Shown here: in pieces, positions 18,078 to 27,455 of the stretch
Layout: each line of letters opens with the position of its first letter
Position numbering within the stretch: the first letter of the stretch is position 1
Assembly: GCA_001779195.1 (NCBI GenBank)
Contig: MFJL01000019.1
Coordinates: 27,192-91,191 of the forward strand
Direction of reading: 5' to 3'
DNA length: 64,000 bases
Origin: Candidatus Gottesmanbacteria bacterium RIFCSPHIGHO2_02_FULL_39_11
Lineage (GTDB): Bacteria; Patescibacteriota; Microgenomatia; 2-02-FULL-39-11
Notes under the pieces: generated by a model
Databases searched by the model: none
What the model saw: the letters and a program-made list of their open reading frames with translations, nothing else
Told to the model about the DNA's origin: nothing
Position numbers and translations under genes: made by a program

Positions 18078-19455
18078 AGTCTTAACTAATCGAAAAATGA
18101 TACCATAATCAGTTGCCTTCGGATTACGGATTCTTGGTAAAAAAGACCTTGTTAAATAATTTGCGTTCTTCGTTTCTGACTATTATAGCCCATTCATTGT
18201 CACTGTGAGCATAGGCTATTGTATTAAGTTTTTCCCATGAGGTCACGGGTTTGAGAAATTGTTTTTGTGTTGTTTTGGCAATGCGTTTGAGTTTGTCATA
18301 CGGAACCATGACATCTCCATAGACTCTCCGTTCTCTTCCCTGATCGTCTTTTGAGGTTTCGGTGAGATACAAACACGGTCTGTGGAAATTGAGATAGGGA
18401 TTGAGAAAATCATGATAATATGTGTTGATGGTATCTGCCATTCCCTGATTGATATGACAGTATCCCATGTTCTTCCGGACAACGGATGCATTCTTTGATT
18501 CCACTAATGCATTGTCGTTGCAGTGACGCGATCTGCTTTTGGTTTGTTTAATAAGTAGATTGTTGAGGATAGTCTCAACGGTGTAGTTGATAAATTCACA
18601 CCCGCGGTCGGAGTGAAAATTAAACACGATAAATGGGAACTGATCCAGAAGAAACCGGAGCGCGGGAGCAAGACAGGACTCGGCTATCACCGGCACACAG
18701 ACCACTACTTCCCACTGGGTAATCTCATCAACAGCGTTGATATGGAAAACATCCCTTTGGTGCACTGTATCAATCCGAATGGCACCTGGTAAATTGTTGG
18801 GTTCCGGAGGTTTGGTGCTCCCAATTCCGATATTTCTTGCTTTTGTCCCATTGACCCAGCTGTTTACGTAGACCGGATGATGCCGCAAATTATTGATGTG
18901 GGAGACAGAACACTGGGCAATCTGTCCATACTCCGTATGACCGAATACGTCCTTTTCCCGTCGAAGAATTTCATGCGTTGCCATAGCGTTAAGCCGGAGA
19001 TGGAGTTCATCTGTTTTTTCCAGGAGTTTAATGTCAGAACTTGTATAGATACGGTTTGGATTTTTCCGTCGGTATTCTGTACGAACGAGCTTCCCAATGA
19101 CTGCTCGCTTGATGAGTCGTAATAGTTGCGCTTTTTTGTAACCGGTTAATTTCCGTAAATACACATAGACCAGATGTTTGTCTCCACGGGAAAGTTTTTT
19201 GTAGGAAAACCGATCCACTGTCCGATCAATGAAGTGATATTTTTCCTCAATAGAATCCAATCGAATGGATACCTCCTGAGAAGATGTTAAAAACTCTTGT
19301 AATTGAGTAACATTAAGGAGACGTGAGTCGTCCATACTTGTGTTCATCGCAGAATCAAGTATATCCGATGGCTCACGTTTTTCCTGCAACCAACGGTATC
19401 ATTTTTCGGTTAGTTGCAGAAAACGCTATGGTATCATCTTCGATTAGACAAGACT
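18078..19455 (-). mobile_element. Insertion sequence (~1.38 kb) with rve/DDE transposase, imperfect terminal IRs and 5-bp target duplication GAAAT
   Basis: Left end AGTCTTAACTAATCGAAAAATGATACCAT vs rc of right end AGTCTTGTCTAATCGAAGATGATACCAT; GAAAT at 18073-18077 and 19456-19460. Confidence 0.85.
18124..19347 (-). CDS. Integrase-core (rve) DDE transposase, ISNCY/IS481-like
   Basis: IRIDTVH, FHSDRGCEFIN, KSRSRHCNDNALVESKN, YLNFHRP. Confidence 0.88.
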   Translation of the reverse strand: MNTSMDDSRLLNVTQLQEFLTSSQEVSIRLDSIEEKYHFIDRTVDRFSYKKLSRGDKHLVYVYLRKLTGYKKAQLLRLIKRAVIGKLVRTEYRRKNPNRIYTSSDIKLLEKTDELHLRLNAMATHEILRREKDVFGHTEYGQIAQCSVSHINNLRHHPVYVNSWVNGTKARNIGIGSTKPPEPNNLPGAIRIDTVHQRDVFHINAVDEITQWEVVVCVPVIAESCLAPALRFLLDQFPFIVFNFHSDRGCEFINYTVETILNNLLIKQTKSRSRHCNDNALVESKNASVVRKNMGYCHINQGMADTINTYYHDFLNPYLNFHRPCLYLTETSKDDQGRERRVYGDVMVPYDKLKRIAKTTQKQFLKPVTSWEKLNTIAYAHSDNEWAIIVRNEERKLFNKVFFTKNP

Positions 19456-19501
19456 GAAATTTGCAAGTAATTTTACTTTCCTCTACAATGCCAACGTTTA
19501 T

Positions 19502-20896
19502 ATGCAATCTGTTGAAAACAAACGGAAAGAATTACGTTTTGAGATAAAAGGTTCGGTTCCGGACATGGAGTCTGACGGTCTTAAAGAAATTGTTTACGAT
19601 TATCCTTGGGTTACCACCATATATTTTGGAGGTAAAGAATCAGGATTTCCCCATGGACAAGCTATAAAAGCTCGCTTTTTTACTAAAGATCCGCAAAGTG
19701 CTCCTTATATTCTTCAGGCAGATACTCCTTGTATTTTTGAGCTTAAAATAGGGCCTAAGGATTTAACAGAATCATCAAGAAGAAGAAAATACCGTATAAA
19801 TACAACTCTTGGAGAGATTCTTCCAGCTTTAGAAAGAAAAGAAAATTTTGACCAATTATCTACTTATCAATTAAGGGAAAGCAAAAAACCCTTTCCAGTG
19901 AGTCTCCTTTATGCTATTAGCCAACATGAGAAAACAGATAATTTTGTTCCTATTGCAGCAACGCATTATCATAGAAGACATTTTGAGGATGCTTCTTTAC
20001 GTGCAACTGTTGATACTAATCTACAGTTCTTCAAATTTATTAAATTTTATAAGGACTGGTTCGCTTTCCCGATATCACAACCTGAAGATGGTGTGATAGT
20101 TGAATGGAAAATACCTTTAGATGAAGAATATGTTCATAATACTTCTCTAGACAGCTTCAAATCTCAAAATTTGCTTCCATCTACTTCTAAATTTAATAAA
20201 CTTAAAGGTGTTGTTGAGGAATCAGTTCTTACTGTAGTAAATCCGGAAATGAGGGGAAGTGCAGAGGCAAGTGATTGGAACTTGATGGAACGGGAGTTGA
20301 AAATTGACCTTCAAGCAGATGCTAGAAACACTTTAAGACGAATGGTTCTTGATGATGCAGAATACTCTTTATCCCAATCTTATGAGGAGACATCATACCA
20401 ACAGTTTCTTATCATGGGTGAAGGGAGTATTTGCTTGATGGGGAGAGGTGGTAGGGGGCAATTTGAGGTAATAAAAGTTAAGACTTCTTCTCATCAAGAA
20501 GGTGATGTTTTAGTACGTAAAGAACAAATTTTTAAATATTCAGATGAGAAGCTTCGCCAAGTATTTGGAGCAGGTGATGTTGAAAAACAAAGATATTCTG
20601 CTCATTTTATTCGAAGAAGAATGCAAAGAAATATACTATGCCGAAATAGTGGCAATATCTTTAATGTATTTGTTGATAACTGTGTGGCTGAATCACCTAT
20701 TGCAGATCTTAATCAATGTGAAGTTGAATATCATGGAAGAATTTGTGCAGGAGAAGATAATACTTTTGACTTAGATCAAATAGATAAAGACTTCAAAAAC
20801 TTACAGAGGGCACTTGTCACCTATTTTACTGGGAGAGAAGTGCCGATTCAATCTTTAGGTACGACTAAATATAACTGGATTAGAGGTCTAATATAA
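19502..20896 (+). CDS. Tandem triphosphate-tunnel protein: N-terminal VTC (polyphosphate polymerase)-like domain + C-terminal CYTH domain
   Basis: RKELRF, TTIYF, FELK, RRKYR, YHRRHF, RATVDTNL, IVEWK, SKF (VTC pattern); ERELKID and QCEVEY, TKY (CYTH pattern). Confidence 0.6.
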   Translation: MQSVENKRKELRFEIKGSVPDMESDGLKEIVYDYPWVTTIYFGGKESGFPHGQAIKARFFTKDPQSAPYILQADTPCIFELKIGPKDLTESSRRRKYRINTTLGEILPALERKENFDQLSTYQLRESKKPFPVSLLYAISQHEKTDNFVPIAATHYHRRHFEDASLRATVDTNLQFFKFIKFYKDWFAFPISQPEDGVIVEWKIPLDEEYVHNTSLDSFKSQNLLPSTSKFNKLKGVVEESVLTVVNPEMRGSAEASDWNLMERELKIDLQADARNTLRRMVLDDAEYSLSQSYEETSYQQFLIMGEGSICLMGRGGRGQFEVIKVKTSSHQEGDVLVRKEQIFKYSDEKLRQVFGAGDVEKQRYSAHFIRRRMQRNILCRNSGNIFNVFVDNCVAESPIADLNQCEVEYHGRICAGEDNTFDLDQIDKDFKNLQRALVTYFTGREVPIQSLGTTKYNWIRGLI

Positions 20897-20921
20897 TAAA
20901 GGTCAGTTGACAGAGAAAGTT

Positions 20922-21941
20922 TTATGCTTGTTCCGAAATTTTATAGTGGATAAATCCTCCATGTTCGTGTTTTGGGGATAGGACAAGAAGATGCGCTGCT
21001 TTTTGTAAGGACAAATTATTTTGTTTTACCCCTTTTGTATGTAAATTTATCATATCTGTTGATCCCGTTTGACTTTCCATACATAGATACGGTTCTTCCT
21101 GCGGAGTATATACAACCATGTGTGTAAAATCTTCTGAGGAGTCTAAAAACACTTTCATTTTTTTATCTGAGTAATCGATGCATGGTGTATGATTTTTGTC
21201 TAAGTCAGTAAAAACATGATCAAGTGAAAGTTTTGATAAAGAAATAGGTGAATTAAGATCAAAATGAGTCCCTTTTACATTTATAAGATTTCCGGTTGGT
21301 AACAATTCCTTATCTGCATCCATAACATTTTTAGCCGGAAGTCTAACCAAGGTATGGTTTCTGCCGGATAGAAGGGAAAAGTATGGATGGAGAGCAAAAC
21401 CAAATGGCAAATTCTTGTTGGAAAAATTTTCAACTTTATAATCCACTCTTAAGCCAAACTCATTCAAAGTAAACTTGAGAGTAAGTTTCGATTCAAAAGG
21501 GAAATATTCATATATATTATTACCTGCTTTACATTCAATAAAGGTCTGTGCTTTTACGAAGTTAGAACCTATTTGTATTTTACCTATTTCCCATATTTTG
21601 TTATCTACCAGTCCATGAATAAGCGGGTAATTCCCATTTTTCCTTTTAATTTTTTTTAGTGAATATTTTTCGCCTTCAAACTCAAATTTTTTATCTCGAA
21701 CTCTATTTGGATAAGGCCATAGGACAAAGCATCCAGTCCAGTCTCTTTGTTTTAAGAGGGAAAGATCGCAATAAAAAATATCTTTGTTATTATACTTAAA
21801 GCTGTAAATATTACTGCCAAAATGGGGAGAAATTTTAACTTCAAGATTCTTCTCTTTATTTTGATAAGTAAGAAAGAGAGAATTATGTCCAATCTCGGAG
21901 TCAACTTTTATGCAGCCTTTAATATTTAATTTTCTTGGCAT
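20922..21941 (-). CDS. Aldose 1-epimerase family protein
   Basis: LWPYPNRV, IHGLV, FGFALHPYF, LDHVF, VVYTP, CMESQT. Confidence 0.9.
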   Translation of the reverse strand: MPRKLNIKGCIKVDSEIGHNSLFLTYQNKEKNLEVKISPHFGSNIYSFKYNNKDIFYCDLSLLKQRDWTGCFVLWPYPNRVRDKKFEFEGEKYSLKKIKRKNGNYPLIHGLVDNKIWEIGKIQIGSNFVKAQTFIECKAGNNIYEYFPFESKLTLKFTLNEFGLRVDYKVENFSNKNLPFGFALHPYFSLLSGRNHTLVRLPAKNVMDADKELLPTGNLINVKGTHFDLNSPISLSKLSLDHVFTDLDKNHTPCIDYSDKKMKVFLDSSEDFTHMVVYTPQEEPYLCMESQTGSTDMINLHTKGVKQNNLSLQKAAHLLVLSPKHEHGGFIHYKISEQA

Positions 21942-21972
21942 GAAAAAATGCGGAGTTGAAGTAACAGTATTC

Positions 21973-23364
21973 TTAAACGATTATTTTTGTTTCAATAATC
22001 TTTTTATACCAGAAGAAGCTATCTTTAGGTATTCGCTCAAGATTATGCTCTCTGTCAATATGTATCAGTCCAAAGCTTGAGTTGGGATTATATGCTAAAT
22101 CCCACTCAAAGTTATCCATAAGCGTCCATACAAAATATCCTTTCATGGGAACTCCTGCCAAAATAGCTTTGGCAACCATCTTTAGGTGTTCGCGGATATA
22201 AAATATCCTGAATTCATCATGAATTTTTCCATCTTTATCAATTTTATCCGGCCAACAGGTTCCGTTTTCACTAATCACCATCTCTTTTATTCCATAACTT
22301 CCATATCGGTTATATAATTTTTTAAGAAGTTCATACAATGCTTCAGGATAGGTTGGGGGAATCATAACGGGCCAGCCCATGGCATTTCCAACTCCTTGAG
22401 GATACCGGATTTCTTCAAACGTCAGTTCAGCTTTAGGGTTGTATTTGACAATTTTACCCCGATAGAAGTTAATTCCAAACGTTTTTAACCCTTTTCCAAC
22501 ATTTATTATTTCCATATCACCATCTTGAATTTTAGGCATTTTATCTTGTATCAGCTCCATGATGTTTTCCGGATATTTACCCATATAAAGAGGATCCATA
22601 AACATCCCTGTTTGGTATTCAAAAAGAAGTTGAGCAGCTTTCACATCTTTTTCATCGGAGCTTGCTGCATACGTGATGGTGGGGTTGTAAACAGTACTTA
22701 AGGCTACGTTCCTATCCATTTTTTTAAGAGCGTGATACACCATACCTTGACTGAGCAGCATATGATGAACAGCAGCAAGAGCTCCTTTTAGGCTTGTTTC
22801 ACCGGGTGCCTGTACACCATTGTGGTAACTTTCAAATGTGGCCTGGAAGGGTTCATTTAAAATATAATATTCATAGATATATTCGCCCAAGTACTTATGA
22901 ACGATTTTTGCATGTTCCACAAAATAATCCACAATTTCCCTATTTTTCCAGCCTCCTTTATCGGATAGATACTGTGGAAGATCCCAATGGTAGAGTGTCA
23001 CGTATACTCGTATCTTGTCTTTATTTAAGACTTTGAAAAAATTTTTATACCACTCAATTGCCTTCATGTTTGGTTTTTTCTCCCGGGTCATTACCCGTGA
23101 CATAGCAACTGATGTCCGGTAATCTTTAACTCCCAGCTTTTTCATAAATTCAATATCCTCTTTCCACCTGTGATATCTGTCAATGGCGATATCATTTGTC
23201 TGGCCTTGGTATACTTTACCCGGTATTTTGGAGAACTTTTTCCATACTGTAGGTTCTGCTTGTTCATTTTCGATTGTGAATTTTTCACCCATCACCTGGG
23301 CATCTGCGTCTGTCACTCCAAAAACAAAATCTTTAGGAAATTTAAAAGAATTGAGTTGGTACAT
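21973..23364 (-). CDS. GH1 beta-glycosidase
   Basis: DRYHRWKEDI, TLYHWDLP, acid/base NEP, nucleophile ISENG, WTLMDNFEW. Confidence 0.95.
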   Translation of the reverse strand: MYQLNSFKFPKDFVFGVTDADAQVMGEKFTIENEQAEPTVWKKFSKIPGKVYQGQTNDIAIDRYHRWKEDIEFMKKLGVKDYRTSVAMSRVMTREKKPNMKAIEWYKNFFKVLNKDKIRVYVTLYHWDLPQYLSDKGGWKNREIVDYFVEHAKIVHKYLGEYIYEYYILNEPFQATFESYHNGVQAPGETSLKGALAAVHHMLLSQGMVYHALKKMDRNVALSTVYNPTITYAASSDEKDVKAAQLLFEYQTGMFMDPLYMGKYPENIMELIQDKMPKIQDGDMEIINVGKGLKTFGINFYRGKIVKYNPKAELTFEEIRYPQGVGNAMGWPVMIPPTYPEALYELLKKLYNRYGSYGIKEMVISENGTCWPDKIDKDGKIHDEFRIFYIREHLKMVAKAILAGVPMKGYFVWTLMDNFEWDLAYNPNSSFGLIHIDREHNLERIPKDSFFWYKKIIETKIIV

Positions 23365-23453
23365 AAAAATTTTTATTAGATTTCTTAGCTAAATTTATAT
23401 AATTATGGTCGATACTATCCTATAGAATCGTTTGTTGCAACTATAAAAATAGC

Positions 23454-25244
23454 CTATCGTTGATAGACAGTTGCCTGGTTTGGCAAACTTACACTTGGTG
23501 CTCCTTCAGGTACCACATAAGCTGCAGGATACCTACCCCCTCTAAGGATATCTTTTGTTGCTTCCACAACAATCGGTGTGGTAACCAGAATTGTATTGAA
23601 GTAGTGTAATTGCCTTCTGCCGGTATCATCAATTGCTTTTTTCCATTGGTTAAAAGCAACGTCTTCCCATTGTGAAGTTGGAATGATGGTGTTATTTTCT
23701 TGTTCGTATGCAAGTACCCCTAATTTCCTTTTGAATGTCTGATGTATTTGAGTATACATATCGATTTTTCTCATTAATTGTTTTTCTTCTTCTGTACTAT
23801 GAGTGTTCCGTTGACTTAGTTCATCTCTTTTATTTTCACATATGAGTGCAAATTCCTGAAATGTGTCAAATACTTTATGCGCTCGATCTTCAGGTATCGT
23901 GTAAGCGTCAATAGCCTGACTATCCATAGATGCATGCATATCGTTATATTCCATCAATTCATTTGCCGCTTGGGCATATAAGTTATCTACAAGGGATGTA
24001 CATGCTTGATCAACGATATTTGGCCGGTATCCGCTAGAGTCTCTGGTATGTTTGACCTGAAAATTAGGTCCGGTGGCATAAAGGAGAGATTTTCCGGTCC
24101 TCTGATAAACCTCATCTGCCATTCCTGGCAGTAATTCATTATCTGCTCGAGTGCGTATTTTTCCTACCGTTCCATATTTTCCTTGACCTGATATTTCCGG
24201 GCTTATAATAAAGGAGAAAGGCAGCCGGGAAGTGTCTTCATCTACATGCCAAGCAGACATAGCAGCATCAACATTAGTCCCGCACTTTCGAATAGCAAAC
24301 ATTTTATTAGGGCTTGCAGGGAAAGAAAGTATAGGAAGTTCTTCTTCCGGAAATTCATCCATTAAAAATTGCTTTAAAACCGCGGCAGTTCTGTAATCCG
24401 GCTTGCCTGATTTAATCGCAGATATTCCCCAAACGGTTCCATTCTCAATAGATTCGCCATCGGGGTTAACTTCAAATATTGCTACACCATTTCTTTGCGC
24501 TTCATCTAATTGACGATGCATAGTATCTTTCCATGTCTCACTCGCCTGCATTTCCGGAAATCTACCTTTAAGTTCTTGTATTGTTTTACCGGGAATATCT
24601 AAAAAATCCGTAGCTATATTACCATTTTTTGCTCGGTCAAATTGTAAATGACCATTTCGCCGCATATCTACAATAACCTGACCATTATAAATACTCCCGT
24701 AACCGCCAACCTTCTCATACTGATAAGGTACGTCTATATCATCATCAACAAGTCCGAGTACAAAACTATTAGGAGTTCCATCCACAGCCGCAGCCGCAAT
24801 TACCGCAACCTTGTGTCTATTACCTCCGCAGGAAGGGTCCAGGCTGATTCTCTCCAAAAGATCCCTAGTGATGCTCTGTTTGTTTAGTTTTTCCTCTAGT
24901 TGGTCGACTAAACGAGTTTGACCATTGTGAGTAAGGATAAAAGTAGGTGTCTGAAGTGATCCGCCATTTTTGTCGTAGTAAGACTGAAGCCACCGAGCTC
25001 GTTCTTCGTGAGTGGTTTTTGAAGATCCGTCTGCAATCAAAAACCTGGAAGTGGGAGCAATTCCAGCCCTTTGGATAGCTGCATCATACGTTGCAAGGGT
25101 CGTTGGGAGTGATCCCATAACCTCAGTTTGTGGTCCTCCATCCTCAGGTTTCACAGGTTTACCCCACCTTTCATATGTAGGTATAGCGACTGTATATGGG
25201 CTGATATCCGGTGGAAGGTATCCGTTCGCAATTTCGATTGGCAT
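23454..25244 (-). CDS. Hypothetical protein with GT-A (nucleotide-sugar transferase)-like N-terminal motifs
   Basis: TVAIPTYER, FLIADGS, GGNR, GLVDDDI; helical C-terminus. Confidence 0.55.
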   Translation of the reverse strand: MPIEIANGYLPPDISPYTVAIPTYERWGKPVKPEDGGPQTEVMGSLPTTLATYDAAIQRAGIAPTSRFLIADGSSKTTHEERARWLQSYYDKNGGSLQTPTFILTHNGQTRLVDQLEEKLNKQSITRDLLERISLDPSCGGNRHKVAVIAAAAVDGTPNSFVLGLVDDDIDVPYQYEKVGGYGSIYNGQVIVDMRRNGHLQFDRAKNGNIATDFLDIPGKTIQELKGRFPEMQASETWKDTMHRQLDEAQRNGVAIFEVNPDGESIENGTVWGISAIKSGKPDYRTAAVLKQFLMDEFPEEELPILSFPASPNKMFAIRKCGTNVDAAMSAWHVDEDTSRLPFSFIISPEISGQGKYGTVGKIRTRADNELLPGMADEVYQRTGKSLLYATGPNFQVKHTRDSSGYRPNIVDQACTSLVDNLYAQAANELMEYNDMHASMDSQAIDAYTIPEDRAHKVFDTFQEFALICENKRDELSQRNTHSTEEEKQLMRKIDMYTQIHQTFKRKLGVLAYEQENNTIIPTSQWEDVAFNQWKKAIDDTGRRQLHYFNTILVTTPIVVEATKDILRGGRYPAAYVVPEGAPSVSLPNQATVYQR

Positions 25245-25417
25245 AAGCTTTTATTTCGAACCGCTGAGCAACATCATACTTTATCATACCTTTTAAAACT
25301 AGTCAATACCGACCTATAGTAACCATACCTTCAATCAAATAGTGGGTAAAGCTTATCTATATTTTTTATCAATGTATCTGATATAATCAGCCTGAGTTAA
25401 TTCTTTTCACATTTTTT

Positions 25418-26404
25418 ATGAAAATCTTGGTTACAGGAGGAGCGGGATATATCGGAAGTATAGTTACGGCCCAACTTATAGAAGAAGGTCATACTGTAGT
25501 AGTATACGACAATTTATCCCGGGGTCACAAAAAAGCGGTTCACCCTGAAGCTGTATTTATAAAAGGAGATTTATCTGACCGGGAAAAAATTGAGCAAACT
25601 CTTCGTGATCACAAAATAGAGGCAGTTATGCATTTTGCAGCTTTTATAGAAGCCGGGGAAAGTATGGTAAAACCGGAAGTTTACTTTCGGAATAATACCG
25701 CAAACGCATTAACTCTTCTTGAGGCCATGACAGCTCAAAAAATTAATTATTTTGTTTTTTCCTCAACAGCTGCGGTATACGGAAATCCGGACTCAATTCC
25801 TATTACAGAAGATAGTAAATTGTTACCCACCAATGCATATGGAGCCTCAAAATTACTGGTTGAGAATATGATGAAGTGGTTTGATCAAATTCATAAACTA
25901 AAATATGCAGCTCTGAGGTATTTTAATGCCTGCGGAGCAACTCCAACCCTAGGTGAAGATCATCAGCCGGAATCTCACTTGATTCCCTTAGCAATTGCTG
26001 CAGCTGTGGGAAAGAGAGATAAGCTTCAACTCTATGGAACTGACTATCCGACAAAGGATGGAACGTGTGTGCGAGACTATATTCATGTGAGTGATCTGGC
26101 AACTGCTCATGTACTTGCTCTTAAAAAAATTACAAGTTCGAAAAATAAAGAATCAAAAATTTATAATCTGGGGAGCGAAAAAGGTTTTACCAACCAGGAA
26201 GTGATTAAGGCAGTCGGACGTGTTTTAGGAAAAGCGGTTCCTGTTATAGAAGCATCCCGCAGAATGGGAGATCCAGCAATTCTAGTTGCCAGTTCAGAAA
26301 AAATTAGAAAAGAATTAGGGTGGATTCCAAAATATACAAAACTGGAAGATATTATTTCATCTGCATGGGAGTGGAGAAAGAAGCATCTAAATGGCTACAA
26401 ATAA
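25418..26404 (+). CDS. galE: UDP-glucose 4-epimerase
   Basis: TGGAGYIGS, SSTAAVYG, YGASK, LRYFNA, DGTCVRDYIHV. Confidence 0.97.
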   Translation: MKILVTGGAGYIGSIVTAQLIEEGHTVVVYDNLSRGHKKAVHPEAVFIKGDLSDREKIEQTLRDHKIEAVMHFAAFIEAGESMVKPEVYFRNNTANALTLLEAMTAQKINYFVFSSTAAVYGNPDSIPITEDSKLLPTNAYGASKLLVENMMKWFDQIHKLKYAALRYFNACGATPTLGEDHQPESHLIPLAIAAAVGKRDKLQLYGTDYPTKDGTCVRDYIHVSDLATAHVLALKKITSSKNKESKIYNLGSEKGFTNQEVIKAVGRVLGKAVPVIEASRRMGDPAILVASSEKIRKELGWIPKYTKLEDIISSAWEWRKKHLNGYK

Positions 26405-27449
26405 TATGAATGATTTTTCCTTACACCCTCACCGAAGGTACAATCCTCTAATGGATGAATGGGTTTTAGTTTCTCCTCAACGCACAAAGAGACCTTGGCA
26501 AGGAGCTATCACTCCTGAAATTCAAAAAGAGTCGGTTAAGTACGATTCTCATTGCTATTTATGTCCTGGAAACAAACGGGCGAATAATAAAAAGACTCCT
26601 GATTATACCGGAGCTTATGTTTTTGAAAATGATTTCCCGGCACTTCTTTCTGATAAAACAGATTTTAAATTTCCTCAGGACAACGACTTATTTAACGTAT
26701 CCTCTCAAAGAGGAACATGTAGAGTAATCTGTTATTCTCCTAGTCACAGTCTTACCATGGCAAAAATGACTACTGATCAAATTAATGATGTAATAACCGC
26801 ATGGATAGGTCAATATATTGAGCTTGGCAATTTACCTTTTATTAACTATGTACAAATTTTTGAAAATCGGGGAGAAATGATGGGAGCAAGTAATCCCCAT
26901 CCTCATGGACAAATATGGGCAACAGAACATATTCCGACAATCGTTTCAAAAGAACAGTATGAACAGGAAAAATATTTTCAAAAGAAAAAAACTTCTCTTC
27001 TTTTAGATTATTTAAAATGCGAAATACAAATGAAAGAGAGAACCGTATACGCAAATGATAATTTTGTCTCTCTGATTCCTTTTTGGGCAGTATGGCCTTA
27101 TGAAGTTATGATCGTGCCGAAACAAAAAAAGGAATCCCTTTCACAATTAACTTTGTCAGAACGGTTAAATCTAGCGGATATGCTACGAAATACGATTATT
27201 CGCTATGACAACTTATTTCATACACCTTTTCCTTATACCCTGGGAATTCATCAGGCGCCAACGGATGGAAAAAACCATCCAGAATGGCAATTTCATATCC
27301 ATTTTTATCCCCCGTTACTTCGGTCAGCAACTGTAAGAAAATTTATGGTAGGGTATGAAATGATGGCAGAGGCTCAAAGAGATATCACGCCAGAAGAATC
27401 CGCAGAGAAATTAAGAAGTTTATCAGCAACTCATTATTTCCAGTCTTAA
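26391..27449 (+). CDS. galT: Galactose-1-phosphate uridylyltransferase
   Basis: HRRYNPL..EWVLVSPQRTKRPWQG, CYLCPGN, FENRGEMMGASNPHPHGQ. Confidence 0.97.
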   Translation: MATNNMNDFSLHPHRRYNPLMDEWVLVSPQRTKRPWQGAITPEIQKESVKYDSHCYLCPGNKRANNKKTPDYTGAYVFENDFPALLSDKTDFKFPQDNDLFNVSSQRGTCRVICYSPSHSLTMAKMTTDQINDVITAWIGQYIELGNLPFINYVQIFENRGEMMGASNPHPHGQIWATEHIPTIVSKEQYEQEKYFQKKKTSLLLDYLKCEIQMKERTVYANDNFVSLIPFWAVWPYEVMIVPKQKKESLSQLTLSERLNLADMLRNTIIRYDNLFHTPFPYTLGIHQAPTDGKNHPEWQFHIHFYPPLLRSATVRKFMVGYEMMAEAQRDITPEESAEKLRSLSATHYFQS

Positions 27450-27455
27450 CCTTTT

